DNA of 33,827 nt from an uncultured Bacteriovoracaceae bacterium (GTDB taxonomy: Bacteria; Bdellovibrionota; UBA2428): the NCBI GenBank assembly GCA_964538275.1, contig CAZIFW010000026.1, forward strand, positions 1 to 33,827. Reading direction: 5' to 3'. The notes under the pieces are model-generated. The model was not told where the DNA came from. It did no database searches and saw only the letters and a program-made list of their open reading frames with translations. A program made the translations under genes and the position numbers. Positions 25,256 to 33,827 of this stretch are shown here, in pieces. The first letter of the stretch is position 1; the number at the start of each line of letters is the position of its first letter.

Positions 25256-26263
25256 ATGAATTACGGCGCACGCATTGTGAGCACAGGGCTTGGTGTGCCC
25301 TCAAGAAAAGTCTCTAACGACGACATGTCAAAAATTGTCGAAACAAGTGACGAATGGATCGTATCTCGCACCGGAATTAAAGAGCGAAAATTTGTAGATA
25401 GCGACAACGGTGAATACATCACTCAGTTGTGCGCGCGCGCTGGTGAGCAGGCACTTAAAAATGCAGGCCTTAAAGCGAGCGATATCGATATGGTTATTTC
25501 CTGCACAATCTCAGCAGAGACTGTGATGCCCAACAACTCAGCACGAGTTATGGGTGCGCTGGGAATGAAACACACTCCGGGCTTTGACTTAAGTGCGGCT
25601 TGTGGCGGTTTTGTTTTTGGAATTCATACAGCAAATGCTTTGATTCAAAATGGTTCTCAAAAGCGCATTATGCTTTTTGGAGCTGATGTGTTGTCAGCTG
25701 CTCTCAATATGAAAGACCGTACGACTTGCGTACTTTTTGGAGACGGTGCGGGCTGTGTCATCATCGAACGTGTTGAGAACGCAGATCCCCAAAAAGATTC
25801 TATGATTTTGGGATCTAGAATTTATACAGATTTTGATGCAACAGGGGCTTTGACAATCAATGCAGGCGGTAGCCGTGCCCCTTCTTGGAAGACCGAAGCT
25901 CATATAGAAAATTCCCCTTACGTTCAAATGAATGGACAGGATGTTTTTAAACATGCGGTTAAAGGTATGGTTCATGCTGCGACTGAAGTTTTAAAAGAGC
26001 AGAAAGTTCCAACGTCTGCCATCAAGTGGTTTGTTCCGCATCAAGCAAATTTACGAATTATTGAGATGACTGCGAAGTATCTTGATTTTCCAATGGATCG
26101 CGTTTTTGTGAACATCGATAGATGGGCGAATACATCTGCAGCTACTGTTGCAATTGCATTAGCTGAGATGGAGCAACAAGGAAAACTACAACGAGGAGAT
26201 TTAATTCTTTTGGATGTTTTCGGTGGAGGCTTTAACTACGGCGCTGCTCTTCTAAGATGGTAA
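25256..26263 (+). CDS. fabH: 3-oxoacyl-ACP synthase III.
   Basis: GxGxYVP-like N-terminus. Active-site region AACGGFVFG (Cys). HQAN and the C-terminal N...GNTSAAT motifs are present. Confidence 0.9.
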   Translation: MNYGARIVSTGLGVPSRKVSNDDMSKIVETSDEWIVSRTGIKERKFVDSDNGEYITQLCARAGEQALKNAGLKASDIDMVISCTISAETVMPNNSARVMGALGMKHTPGFDLSAACGGFVFGIHTANALIQNGSQKRIMLFGADVLSAALNMKDRTTCVLFGDGAGCVIIERVENADPQKDSMILGSRIYTDFDATGALTINAGGSRAPSWKTEAHIENSPYVQMNGQDVFKHAVKGMVHAATEVLKEQKVPTSAIKWFVPHQANLRIIEMTAKYLDFPMDRVFVNIDRWANTSAATVAIALAEMEQQGKLQRGDLILLDVFGGGFNYGAALLRW

Positions 26264-26278
26264 TTATTTAAAATACTC

Positions 26279-27265
26279 ATGGCACATCAAAAGGCACTTA
26301 TTGTTTTTGCAGGTCAAGGAAGTCAATTCCCTGGAATGGGCAAAAATTATTACGAAAACTTTCCTCTCTACAAACAAACACTTGAGGAAGCTTCTGATGC
26401 TTCTGGTTTACATCTTAAAAAATTAAGTTTTGATGCCTCTGAATCTGAAATACGTGAAAGTTCTGTAGCGCAACCTCTCATACTCACTGCAAGCATTGGT
26501 ATGTGGAGAGTTTTAACAACTCAATTTGCATTCACTCAAAACTTAGATCCCATTTTTGCAGGGCACTCTTTAGGTGAATACACAGCCCTTGTGGCAGCGG
26601 GAACTTTTAAGTTTTCGGAGACTGTAAAAGCCGTGCAAAAACGCGGTCAGTTTATGAGCGAAGCGGTGAGCCCTGGAGTGGGTGGAATGCGCGCACTCAT
26701 TTTGAGAGAGCCTGCTAATGAAGAAAAAATTAAAACGTTTTGCGAATATGCGAGCGCTCAAAGTGGAAAGCTAGTTGCAATGGCCAACTGGAATACAGAC
26801 ACTCAAATTGTACTTTCAGGCTACGAAGAAGCCCTTAAAAAAGTAGACCAGCTAGCTGGCAAAGAAGAGGGTGGTCATGATTGGAAATGGATTCGTCGGA
26901 GTATTCCATTGGATGTGAGTGGACCTTTTCATTCTCCTTTAATGAAGAATGCTGAAGAGAACTTTATTCCGGTATTAGATGCTTTAACTTTTGAAGCTCA
27001 GCAAAAACTTTACATTCGCAATATAGATGCAAGTTTAAACTCTTTGAGTTCAGAAAAAGAAATTAAAAACGCATTACGAGAACAAGTTTGTGGAAGTGTG
27101 CGTTGGTATCCAACACTTTTAAAAGCTAAAGATTCAGTTTCTGTGCACGCAGAAATATCGCCCTCTAAGGTTTTAACCAATATGGCTTCTCGCATGGAGG
27201 CTTTTAAAGAGTGGAAATTCATGAACTTTGAAGACATTTCAAAGATCGAGGAGATTTTAAAATGA
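26279..27265 (+). CDS. fabD: Malonyl-CoA:ACP transacylase.
   Basis: FAGQGSQFPGMG and GHSLGEYTAL motifs are present. Confidence 0.9.
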   Translation: MAHQKALIVFAGQGSQFPGMGKNYYENFPLYKQTLEEASDASGLHLKKLSFDASESEIRESSVAQPLILTASIGMWRVLTTQFAFTQNLDPIFAGHSLGEYTALVAAGTFKFSETVKAVQKRGQFMSEAVSPGVGGMRALILREPANEEKIKTFCEYASAQSGKLVAMANWNTDTQIVLSGYEEALKKVDQLAGKEEGGHDWKWIRRSIPLDVSGPFHSPLMKNAEENFIPVLDALTFEAQQKLYIRNIDASLNSLSSEKEIKNALREQVCGSVRWYPTLLKAKDSVSVHAEISPSKVLTNMASRMEAFKEWKFMNFEDISKIEEILK

Positions 27266-28008
27266 CTTTGTTAGCAGGAAAAAGATTAGTCGTAACGGGC
27301 GGTAGCCGCGGTATTGGAAAAGCCTGTGTAGAATTTTTTGCCGAGCAAGGTGCAAGTGTTGCGTTCACGTACACCACGGAAACTCCCGAGCTCACAACAT
27401 GGCTCAACGAAATGCAAAGCAAAGGTCACAAAGTGAAAGGTTTTGTTTTGAATTTGGGTCACCGAGACCAATTTAAAGCAGTTGTAGCTCAAATGACTGA
27501 ATACTTGGGCGGTATTGATGGTTTGTTAAACAATGCCGGAATTGCCCGTGATCAATTGATGTTGCGCATGAAAGAAGAAGATTTTGAAGAGACCATGAAT
27601 ATCAACCTCAAGGGTTGTTATTTCTTTACCAAGGAGTGTTTGCGCTCTTTGATGAAGTCTGAGTCTGCTTCAGTTGTTTTTGTGAGTTCTGTAGTTGGTT
27701 TGATGGGGAACAGTGGGCAAAGTGCTTACTGTGCCTCTAAAGCGGGCCTAGTAGGCTTAGCTAAGTCTTTGGCTCGTGAGCTCGCTTCTAGGCAGTTGCG
27801 AGTGAATGTATTGGCTCCAGGCTTTATTGAAACCGACATGACCTCAAATTTGAGCGAAGAAGCCAAGGCCTATTTTATGTCGAATATACCTCTAGCGCGT
27901 TTAGGTAAGCCGGTTGAGATTGCCCAAGGGGCGACTTATTTGCTATCGGATATGTCACGTTACGTCACAGGGCATGTTCTGAACGTAAATGGTGGCTTGT
28001 ATATTTAG
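27262..28008 (+). CDS. fabG: 3-oxoacyl-ACP reductase.
   Basis: VTGGSRGIGKA Rossmann motif. SxnYxxxK is present (SSVVG...YCASKAG). It overlaps fabD as ATGA. Confidence 0.9.
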   Translation: MTLLAGKRLVVTGGSRGIGKACVEFFAEQGASVAFTYTTETPELTTWLNEMQSKGHKVKGFVLNLGHRDQFKAVVAQMTEYLGGIDGLLNNAGIARDQLMLRMKEEDFEETMNINLKGCYFFTKECLRSLMKSESASVVFVSSVVGLMGNSGQSAYCASKAGLVGLAKSLARELASRQLRVNVLAPGFIETDMTSNLSEEAKAYFMSNIPLARLGKPVEIAQGATYLLSDMSRYVTGHVLNVNGGLYI

Positions 28009-28128
28009 GGGCGATCTGATGTATTTGGGCTCGATAAGGAAGTTATTTAGATTGTGTTATTAACTGTTTAGTTAAAATCACAGTTTGTTTAAGTGTGTAG
28101 AGAAAGTTATTAACTTAAGGAGTTGGTT

Positions 28129-28371
28129 ATGAACGTAGAAGACAAAGTAAAGAATATTATCGTTGAGCAGCTCAATGTAGACGGCGATGCCGTTAAACCT
28201 GAAGCAACATTTATCGAAGATCTCGGTGCAGATAGCCTTGATATCGTAGAACTTGTTATGACTATGGAAGAAGAGTTTGATCTCGAAATTCCTGACGAAG
28301 ATGCAGAAAAAATTAAAACTGTTGGCGACGTTGTGGCTTATGTAAAAAACCACAGCAAAGAAAGCCACTGA
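28129..28371 (+). CDS. acpP: Acyl carrier protein.
   Basis: The DLGADSLD phosphopantetheine site is present. The ATG at 28129 is preceded by AAGGAG at the right spacing. The ORF track's TTG at 28123 lies inside that SD spacer. Confidence 0.9.
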   Translation: MNVEDKVKNIIVEQLNVDGDAVKPEATFIEDLGADSLDIVELVMTMEEEFDLEIPDEDAEKIKTVGDVVAYVKNHSKESH

Positions 28372-28395
28372 GTTTTTCACTCGGAAGTGTAAAAG

Positions 28396-29628
28396 ATGAC
28401 ATCCAAACGTGTCGTTGTTACCGGCTTGGGCTGTGTAACATCGCTCGGTCTTAACTTTGAAGATTTTTGGAAAAATCTGCTTGCTGGCAAAAGTGGAATC
28501 TCTAAGCTGAGTAATTTTGATACCACAGGTCTCACCGTTACTTTTGGGGGTGAGATTAAAGATTTTGATGCAGAAAAGTGGATCAACAAAAAAGACATTC
28601 GAAGAATGGATCGTTTTATTCAGCTGGGATTAGCTGCAAGTTTTCAAGCATGTGATCAAGCAAAACTTGATAGCTTTGAAGATAAAAAAAGAATTGGCAC
28701 CATACTTTCGAGTGGTATTGGCGGACTTCAACTCATTGAAGAAACCGTGATTGAAATGACTCAAGGGAAACGGGTCTCTCCGTTTTTTATACCTTCAATT
28801 ATTTCCAACTTACTTCCTGGACAATTGAGTATCATCAAAGGTTTTAAAGGTGTGAATTATTGCATCACATCTGCTTGTTCTAGTTCAGCACATGCCGTTG
28901 GCGAAGGTTTTCGCATGATTGAACGCGGAGATGCGGATGTGATGGTAGTAGGTGGAGCAGAAGCTCCTCTTACAAAACTTTCTATTGCCGGATTTTCATC
29001 AATGAAAGCTCTTTCAACTCGTAACGATGCTCCTGAAAAAGCTTCGCGTCCTTTTGATATGGATCGCGATGGTTTTGTTATGAGTGAAGGCGCAGCTGTT
29101 TTGGTTTTAGAGAGTTTAGAATCAGCTCAAAAAAGAGGCGTGCCTATACTTGCTGAAATTATAGGTTACGGAACAAACTCGGATGCCTATCACATGACTT
29201 CGCCCAGTGAAGGTGGAGAAGGAGCGCGAGACTGCATGGTTTTAGCTTTGGAAGATGGCAAAACATCTTACAAAGAAGTGGATTATGTAAACATGCATGG
29301 GACTTCAACCGATGCTGGAGATGTCTCAGAATCCTCTGCGATAGAAACACTTTTTACAGATTGGAAAGAGCATCTCTTAGTGAGCTCTACAAAGTCTATG
29401 ACGGGTCATATGCTGGGAGCAGCGGGCGCACTTGAAGCTTTGGTTTGTATTGGTGCTATTCGGGATGGAAAAATTCCTCCCACCATTAACTTAGAGAAGC
29501 AAGACCCCGCTTGTCGTTTGGATTATGTTCCTCATGAAGCGCGATCGCACAAAGTTAAAAAAGCCCTTTCCAATAGCTTTGGATTTGGCGGTACAAACGT
29601 TTCTTTGTTATTTAGCGAATATCGTTAA
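28396..29628 (+). CDS. fabF: 3-oxoacyl-ACP synthase II.
   Basis: KRVVVTGLG N-terminus. Active-site Cys (SACSSSAH). HGTSTxxGD, and a Gly-rich C-terminus NSFGFGGTN. Confidence 0.9.
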   Translation: MTSKRVVVTGLGCVTSLGLNFEDFWKNLLAGKSGISKLSNFDTTGLTVTFGGEIKDFDAEKWINKKDIRRMDRFIQLGLAASFQACDQAKLDSFEDKKRIGTILSSGIGGLQLIEETVIEMTQGKRVSPFFIPSIISNLLPGQLSIIKGFKGVNYCITSACSSSAHAVGEGFRMIERGDADVMVVGGAEAPLTKLSIAGFSSMKALSTRNDAPEKASRPFDMDRDGFVMSEGAAVLVLESLESAQKRGVPILAEIIGYGTNSDAYHMTSPSEGGEGARDCMVLALEDGKTSYKEVDYVNMHGTSTDAGDVSESSAIETLFTDWKEHLLVSSTKSMTGHMLGAAGALEALVCIGAIRDGKIPPTINLEKQDPACRLDYVPHEARSHKVKKALSNSFGFGGTNVSLLFSEYR

Positions 29629-29763
29629 AGTCTTAAAGTGAAGGCTCATCTGCGGAACAATATGTTTCTGGAGATTCCAGGCTTTCTAATTTGCCCTGAT
29701 TTCAGACATTTTTATTGCTAATAACCGAGAGCAAGGCTAACTCTCTACTAGGTGCGTCAAAAG

Positions 29764-31638
29764 ATGTTTAAGGTTTATTTTCAAAAAATTATATTCACAT
29801 GTGCTTTTTTATTTTCAGTTGCGGCCCATGCCCTTAGCCCGAGTGCTCTGGAACTTTTAAAGAAATCTTCAGAGAATTCTACAGATTTTTTTAAAATGCA
29901 TGGAATTTTTAAAGAGGTGTTGGCTTCTGACAGAGGACTTCATTATCAAAACATGAAAGAGCTAGTTGCAAAGCTCCAAGAACTTGATCCCGATTATGCA
30001 ACTCGTATTTTAGAAATAGAAGATTTTTGGAAGTTAAGTTTTCTTTTAGAAAACGGATGGGATGTCACTCAAGAAAACTCTAAAGGGCGCGATCTCCTAA
30101 CGGAAGCTATTTATGTTTATCATATGCCCAATATTGAATTGGTCTTAAAATCCGGTGGGACTCGCATACTCTTAGCAAAATCTAATAAAGAAATTTTAAA
30201 AACTGCTGAAGCTGAGAATGATAATGCTTTGGAAAATTTGTTATCTCAATGGGAGCAGTGGGCCCTTAACCCTAGTAAGTTCCCAAACTTTTTAGAGGGG
30301 CAACCTGAAACTTACAGAGTCGAAGGTATTTATGCCAACGATGGCTTGAGTGCAATGGCTCCCTCTGCAGCATCGCCTCCACCTCCTGCGCCCGTTCCCG
30401 CGCCAGCGCCCGTATTGCCCCCGCTAGCGGTGAATCCTTCAGATCCGCCCGTGAGCAGTGCACCTCCGCCACCGCCACCCCTTCGTTCACGTTCCGTGCC
30501 TAAAGGAATTGCTCCCAATCCAAATGCCTTTGAAGTTGAGGTTCCTTATGGAACCAATCGTGCCATGGATAGCTCTAAGAAAAACGAAATTCACACTACG
30601 AGTGGCGCTGAAGCTTTTTATTCCTATACAGATTCCGGAAAAATTTCTTATGGAATTGCAAAAGTTTCTATTCCAAAAATTCATAAAAAAGGTCAATTAG
30701 AAGAACGTGGCTTTTTTGAATTCAAGTGGGATCCTAAAAAACATGTTTTATTAAAAGACTTAACGCTCATCAGTTCTGAAACTGATTTTTTTAAAAAAGT
30801 AGGCGCTATGATTCAGGCTCGCGAAGCAGCGTTTCCGGATGAAGCCACATCTAAAGAGCTCTTTGTATATATCCATGGTTTTAACGTAGATTTTAGTTAT
30901 GCCATGAGAAAGACGGCGCAACTCATGTTTGACATGGACTACCCGGGTCTTTCATTGGCGTATTCTTGGCCTGCGAGAGCGGTGAAGTTGCCTCTACCAC
31001 AGGACTTTAGAGATGATGTTTTGCGTGCGGAAGCTTCCATTGCAATGCTAGAGGAGTTTCTCAACAAGCTTCGCGCAGAATACCCTGATCGAAAGATAAA
31101 CGTAATAGCCCACAGTCTAGGGACACGTGTTTTGAGTCGGGTACTTTTAAATATTGCTAAGAATTTAGATGCTAAGCAAATAGCGGAGGGCGCAAAAGTT
31201 TTTGGCCAAGTTATACTCGCGGCACCTGCAATAGATGCTCAAGATTTTATTCAAGATTGGGCACCTATAATCACACCCTTATGCGACCGAGTGAGTATTA
31301 TGGCGTCTGATGACGATTACGCTCTTAAAGTGCAATCACTTGCAGAAGAGCTTAAGAGTTTTCCGTTGGGTTTATGGACAGACACTCAAGCGGCATTGGC
31401 TTTAGATATTTTTAATTTTGATATTTCAAAACTAAGTTCTGGAACCTTCAGTTTGGATCACTCTGTTTATTCACAAGTACCTCATGCAATTGATCATATG
31501 GGAATGATGTTAAAGAAAAAGCCAAGTGAAGAAGCGCTTTCTCAACTTCCATACGCAAAGTACTTGGAGTCTCAAGAACGTACGGATTTCTTTAGTCTTT
31601 TAAAACGTAAAGTATGGGATTTTATTGAGCAAGATTAA
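29764..31638 (+). CDS. Secreted multi-domain protein with an N-terminal helical (possibly ankyrin-like) region, a Pro-rich linker and a C-terminal DUF900-type alpha/beta-hydrolase domain.
   Basis: The ATG at 29764 gives the signal peptide MFKVYFQKIIFTCAFLFSVAAHA|LS. The linker reads SPPPPAPVPAPAPVLPP...APPPPPPL. The C-terminal domain has FVYIHGFNVDF...LAYSWPA...NVIAHSLGTRV, resembling PF05990-like esterases with an AHSLG nucleophile elbow. Confidence 0.55.
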   Translation: MFKVYFQKIIFTCAFLFSVAAHALSPSALELLKKSSENSTDFFKMHGIFKEVLASDRGLHYQNMKELVAKLQELDPDYATRILEIEDFWKLSFLLENGWDVTQENSKGRDLLTEAIYVYHMPNIELVLKSGGTRILLAKSNKEILKTAEAENDNALENLLSQWEQWALNPSKFPNFLEGQPETYRVEGIYANDGLSAMAPSAASPPPPAPVPAPAPVLPPLAVNPSDPPVSSAPPPPPPLRSRSVPKGIAPNPNAFEVEVPYGTNRAMDSSKKNEIHTTSGAEAFYSYTDSGKISYGIAKVSIPKIHKKGQLEERGFFEFKWDPKKHVLLKDLTLISSETDFFKKVGAMIQAREAAFPDEATSKELFVYIHGFNVDFSYAMRKTAQLMFDMDYPGLSLAYSWPARAVKLPLPQDFRDDVLRAEASIAMLEEFLNKLRAEYPDRKINVIAHSLGTRVLSRVLLNIAKNLDAKQIAEGAKVFGQVILAAPAIDAQDFIQDWAPIITPLCDRVSIMASDDDYALKVQSLAEELKSFPLGLWTDTQAALALDIFNFDISKLSSGTFSLDHSVYSQVPHAIDHMGMMLKKKPSEEALSQLPYAKYLESQERTDFFSLLKRKVWDFIEQD

Positions 31639-31657
31639 AGCCTGCTTAAAAAAAGGT

Positions 31658-31700
31658 GACCGTACTTGTGCCAAAGACGCAAGTACGGTCTTGTTTGTTT
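31658..31700 (+). terminator. Strong rho-independent terminator.
   Basis: GACCGTACTTG-(11-nt loop)-CAAGTACGGTC forms a perfect 11-bp stem and is followed by TTGTTTGTTT. Confidence 0.7.
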
Positions 31701-31992
31701 ATACTCAGGGGAAAAAAGCTTTCCCTTTGTCCACGATCTGAGAGTCGTAGGCGCGACTGCAGGATCGCTTAAAAATAGGCTTTCACTTCCGAGGGAGGTG
31801 ACCCTTTTCTAAACAACACCAGTTTACATGATATCTATCGGTAATCGCAAAGTAAATATTAAACAAATTTGATTTAAGTCCAAAATCTTTACACCCTCTT
31901 AATTTTAGAAAATCTTAAAAATGGGTTGGTCTCTGGATCGGCGTGTTATAAAGTGAAATGACTGTTTTAGGCAAAAGAATAAGGAAATTTTT

Positions 31993-32301
31993 ATGACAAG
32001 TTCAAGAAGAAATAACCAGAATTTAAAGAAGCAAGCCCGTCTTCGCTTTGCAGAGTTTCTTCGCAACAAACGTCTTGAGGCCGGTCTTACTCAAGGAGAT
32101 GTTGCCAAAAAATTGAAGCTCAAAAATGCTCAATTTGTTTCGAATATTGAACGGGGTTTAGCGCCTGTTCCATTTTCAACATTGAAGCTTTTGATGAAGT
32201 GCTATGACATGAGTTACGACGAGTTATCTGAAAAATATTTAGAACTTCAAGAGTCTATTTTAAAAGGTGAACTCGGAGCCAGAGAACTTCGAAGCGCTTA
32301 A
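31993..32301 (+). CDS. XRE-family HTH transcriptional regulator (102 aa).
   Basis: SD AAGGAA is 7 nt before the ATG. The helix-turn-helix reads LTQGDVAKKLKLKNAQFVSNIERG, a Cro/C1-type fold. Confidence 0.65.
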   Translation: MTSSRRNNQNLKKQARLRFAEFLRNKRLEAGLTQGDVAKKLKLKNAQFVSNIERGLAPVPFSTLKLLMKCYDMSYDELSEKYLELQESILKGELGARELRSA

Positions 32302-32437
32302 TAAACTAAACGCATTCAAATAAAAATTTCTAAGACGCCTACTCTTAAGAAAAACTCATATAAAAGGTTCGTGAAACCCTGCGACAGCTTCCTATTAGCT
32401 GATGCAAGCGGCCTCCGCTTGTGTCAGACTTGGCAGC

Positions 32438-32905
32438 ATGAAGTTACGTATTGCCTCTGATCACGCTGGTTTTGAACTCAAAGAAATGCTCAAAAAAGAA
32501 TTCAAAGACGTTGAGTGGTTGGATCTTGGGCCAGAATCAACAGAATCGACCCATTACCCCAAATATGCCCAAAAACTTTGCGAAGACCTCTTGGATAATA
32601 CGCCCCTTGAAGAATTGCATAAAAACAACCCTATGGGAGTCCTTATCTGTGGCTCTGGGGTGGGGATGTCCATTCAGGCCAATCGTTACATGGGAATTCG
32701 CGCTGCGCTCTGTTGGACCCCAGAAGTTGCTGAATTAAGCCGCTTACACAATGGCTCAAACGTTTTGTGTTTAAGCGCTCGTTTGGTGGACCGTGAGATC
32801 AATAAAGAAATACTCAAGAAATGGATGAAAACTGCCTTTGAAGGTGGGCGTCACGCCGAGCGTATTCGTATGTTGGATATGGATGAAGGCTGCGAGTGCT
32901 GCTAA
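32438..32905 (+). CDS. rpiB: Ribose-5-phosphate isomerase B (RpiB/LacAB family).
   Basis: MKLRIASDHAGFELK...LICGSGVGMSIQANRYMGIRAALC...LHNGSNVLCLSARLV...EGGRHAERI parallels E. coli RpiB. The start is taken at the internal ATG (MKLRIASDH). There is an unusual C-terminal DEGCECC. Confidence 0.8.
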   Translation: MKLRIASDHAGFELKEMLKKEFKDVEWLDLGPESTESTHYPKYAQKLCEDLLDNTPLEELHKNNPMGVLICGSGVGMSIQANRYMGIRAALCWTPEVAELSRLHNGSNVLCLSARLVDREINKEILKKWMKTAFEGGRHAERIRMLDMDEGCECC

Positions 32906-32917
32906 TGTTTTTGCAAA

Positions 32918-33827
32918 ATGAGTGATACGCACTTTAGCAGAAACCTAACTGAATACGATCCCGAGCTTTGGCAGAGCTTTCAAAGAGAATTTGGCCGTCA
33001 ACGCGATCACCTAGAACTTATTGCCAGCGAAAACTACACATCACGAGCGGTGATTGAAGCTATGGGGAGTGTGCTCACAAATAAATATGCAGAAGGTTAC
33101 CCTGGAAAAAGATATTACGGCGGCTGCGAATACGTAGACGAAGTAGAAAATCTCGCTCGCACACGTGGCGCAGAGCTTTTTAAAGTGGGAGACTTTGTGC
33201 CTCACTTAAACGTGCAGCCTCACTCGGGGGCAAGTGCCAACCAAGCTGTATTTCTTGCGCTTCTTCAACCTGGAGATAAATTCCTTGCTTGTAGCTTAAG
33301 TCACGGAGGCCACCTCACTCATGGATCGCCCGTGAACTTATCGGGAAAATGGTTTCAGCCTGTTCACTATACAGTGAATCGTGAAACTGAGCGCATTGAT
33401 ATGGATCAAGTGCGCGATCTTGCTCTTAAAGAAAAACCTAAGTTGATTATTGCAGGTTACAGCAGTTACACACGCGTGCTCGACTTCAAAGCTTTCCGCG
33501 ATATTGCAGATGAAGTGGGAGCAAAGCTCATGGTAGATATGGCGCATTTTGCGGGAATAGTAGCGGCTAAAAAACATCCCAGTCCTTTTCCTCATGCTCA
33601 CGTCGTAACAACAACTTCGCATAAAACATTGCGTGGTCCTCGCTCAGGAATGATTTTGTGTCATCCTGAACTAGCCAAAGCTATTGATAGCGCAATTTTT
33701 CCCGGTCTCCAGGGCGGGCCTTTGATGCATGTGATTGCGGGTAAAGCTGTGATGTTTAAAGAAGCTCTTGAACCCGCTTTTGTGAGTTATATCGAACAAG
33801 TTTTAAAAAATTCAAAAACACTTTGTG
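32918..33827 (+). CDS. glyA: Serine hydroxymethyltransferase, N-terminal ~300 aa. The gene runs off the right edge of the window.
   Basis: DPELW....E..RQ...[34 protein letters not shown]...HLTHGSP...[14 protein letters not shown] are hallmark GlyA motifs. The frame is open to the window end. Confidence 0.9.
   Translation, partial: MSDTHFSRNLTEYDPELWQSFQREFGRQRDHLELIASENYTSRAVIEAMGSVLTNKYAEGYPGKRYYGGCEYVDEVENLARTRGAELFKVGDFVPHLNVQPHSGASANQAVFLALLQPGDKFLACSLSHGGHLTHGSPVNLSGKWFQPVHYTVNRETERIDMDQVRDLALKEKPKLIIAGYSSYTRVLDFKAFRDIADEVGAKLMVDMAHFAGIVAAKKHPSPFPHAHVVTTTSHKTLRGPRSGMILCHPELAKAIDSAIFPGLQGGPLMHVIAGKAVMFKEALEPAFVSYIEQVLKNSKTLC

Noticed and set aside
1-33827. tRNA genes, CRISPR arrays, and transposase or integrase genes.
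   Set aside because: I scanned for T-loop GGTTCGA(A/T)TCC-type motifs and found only in-CDS partial matches. No regularly spaced direct repeats of 25-40 bp were found. No transposase- or integrase-like translations appear in any frame.

Overview
The window is a chromosomal segment from a low-GC bacterium (~40-45% GC by eye). It interleaves housekeeping operons with several secreted or lipoprotein genes of unknown function. The organism looks Bdellovibrio/Bacteriovorax-like. The basis for that guess is a TIGR02147/DUF4423-family gene (a family known as a paralogous expansion in Bdellovibrio and Fibrobacter) and many signal-peptide proteins. This assignment is an inference.

Recognisable core genes, in order: a partial PEP-synthetase regulatory protein (-), a YqiK-like flotillin, ffh, rpsP-rimM-trmD-rplS, rnhB, yraN, elbB (-), yceD-rpmF-fabH-fabD-fabG-acpP-fabF (no plsX), an XRE-family helix-turn-helix (HTH) regulator, rpiB and a partial glyA.

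The most unusual content:
- A 1577-aa secreted or lipoprotein with three canonical thrombospondin type-1 repeats, an RGD motif and fibronectin-like modules. It has two secreted proteins upstream and a convergent Met/His-rich lipoprotein with a C-terminal CPRC thioredoxin-fold domain downstream.
- An in-frame GC-rich palindromic insertion of ~120 bp inside trmD.
- An HxxxDG acyltransferase of the wax-ester-synthase / condensation-domain superfamily, wedged between rnhB and yraN and translationally coupled to rnhB.
- A secreted protein with a C-terminal DUF900-type alpha/beta-hydrolase domain behind a proline-rich linker.

No tRNA, rRNA, CRISPR array or obvious transposase was found. All functional calls rest on motif recognition from the translations, not on database searches.
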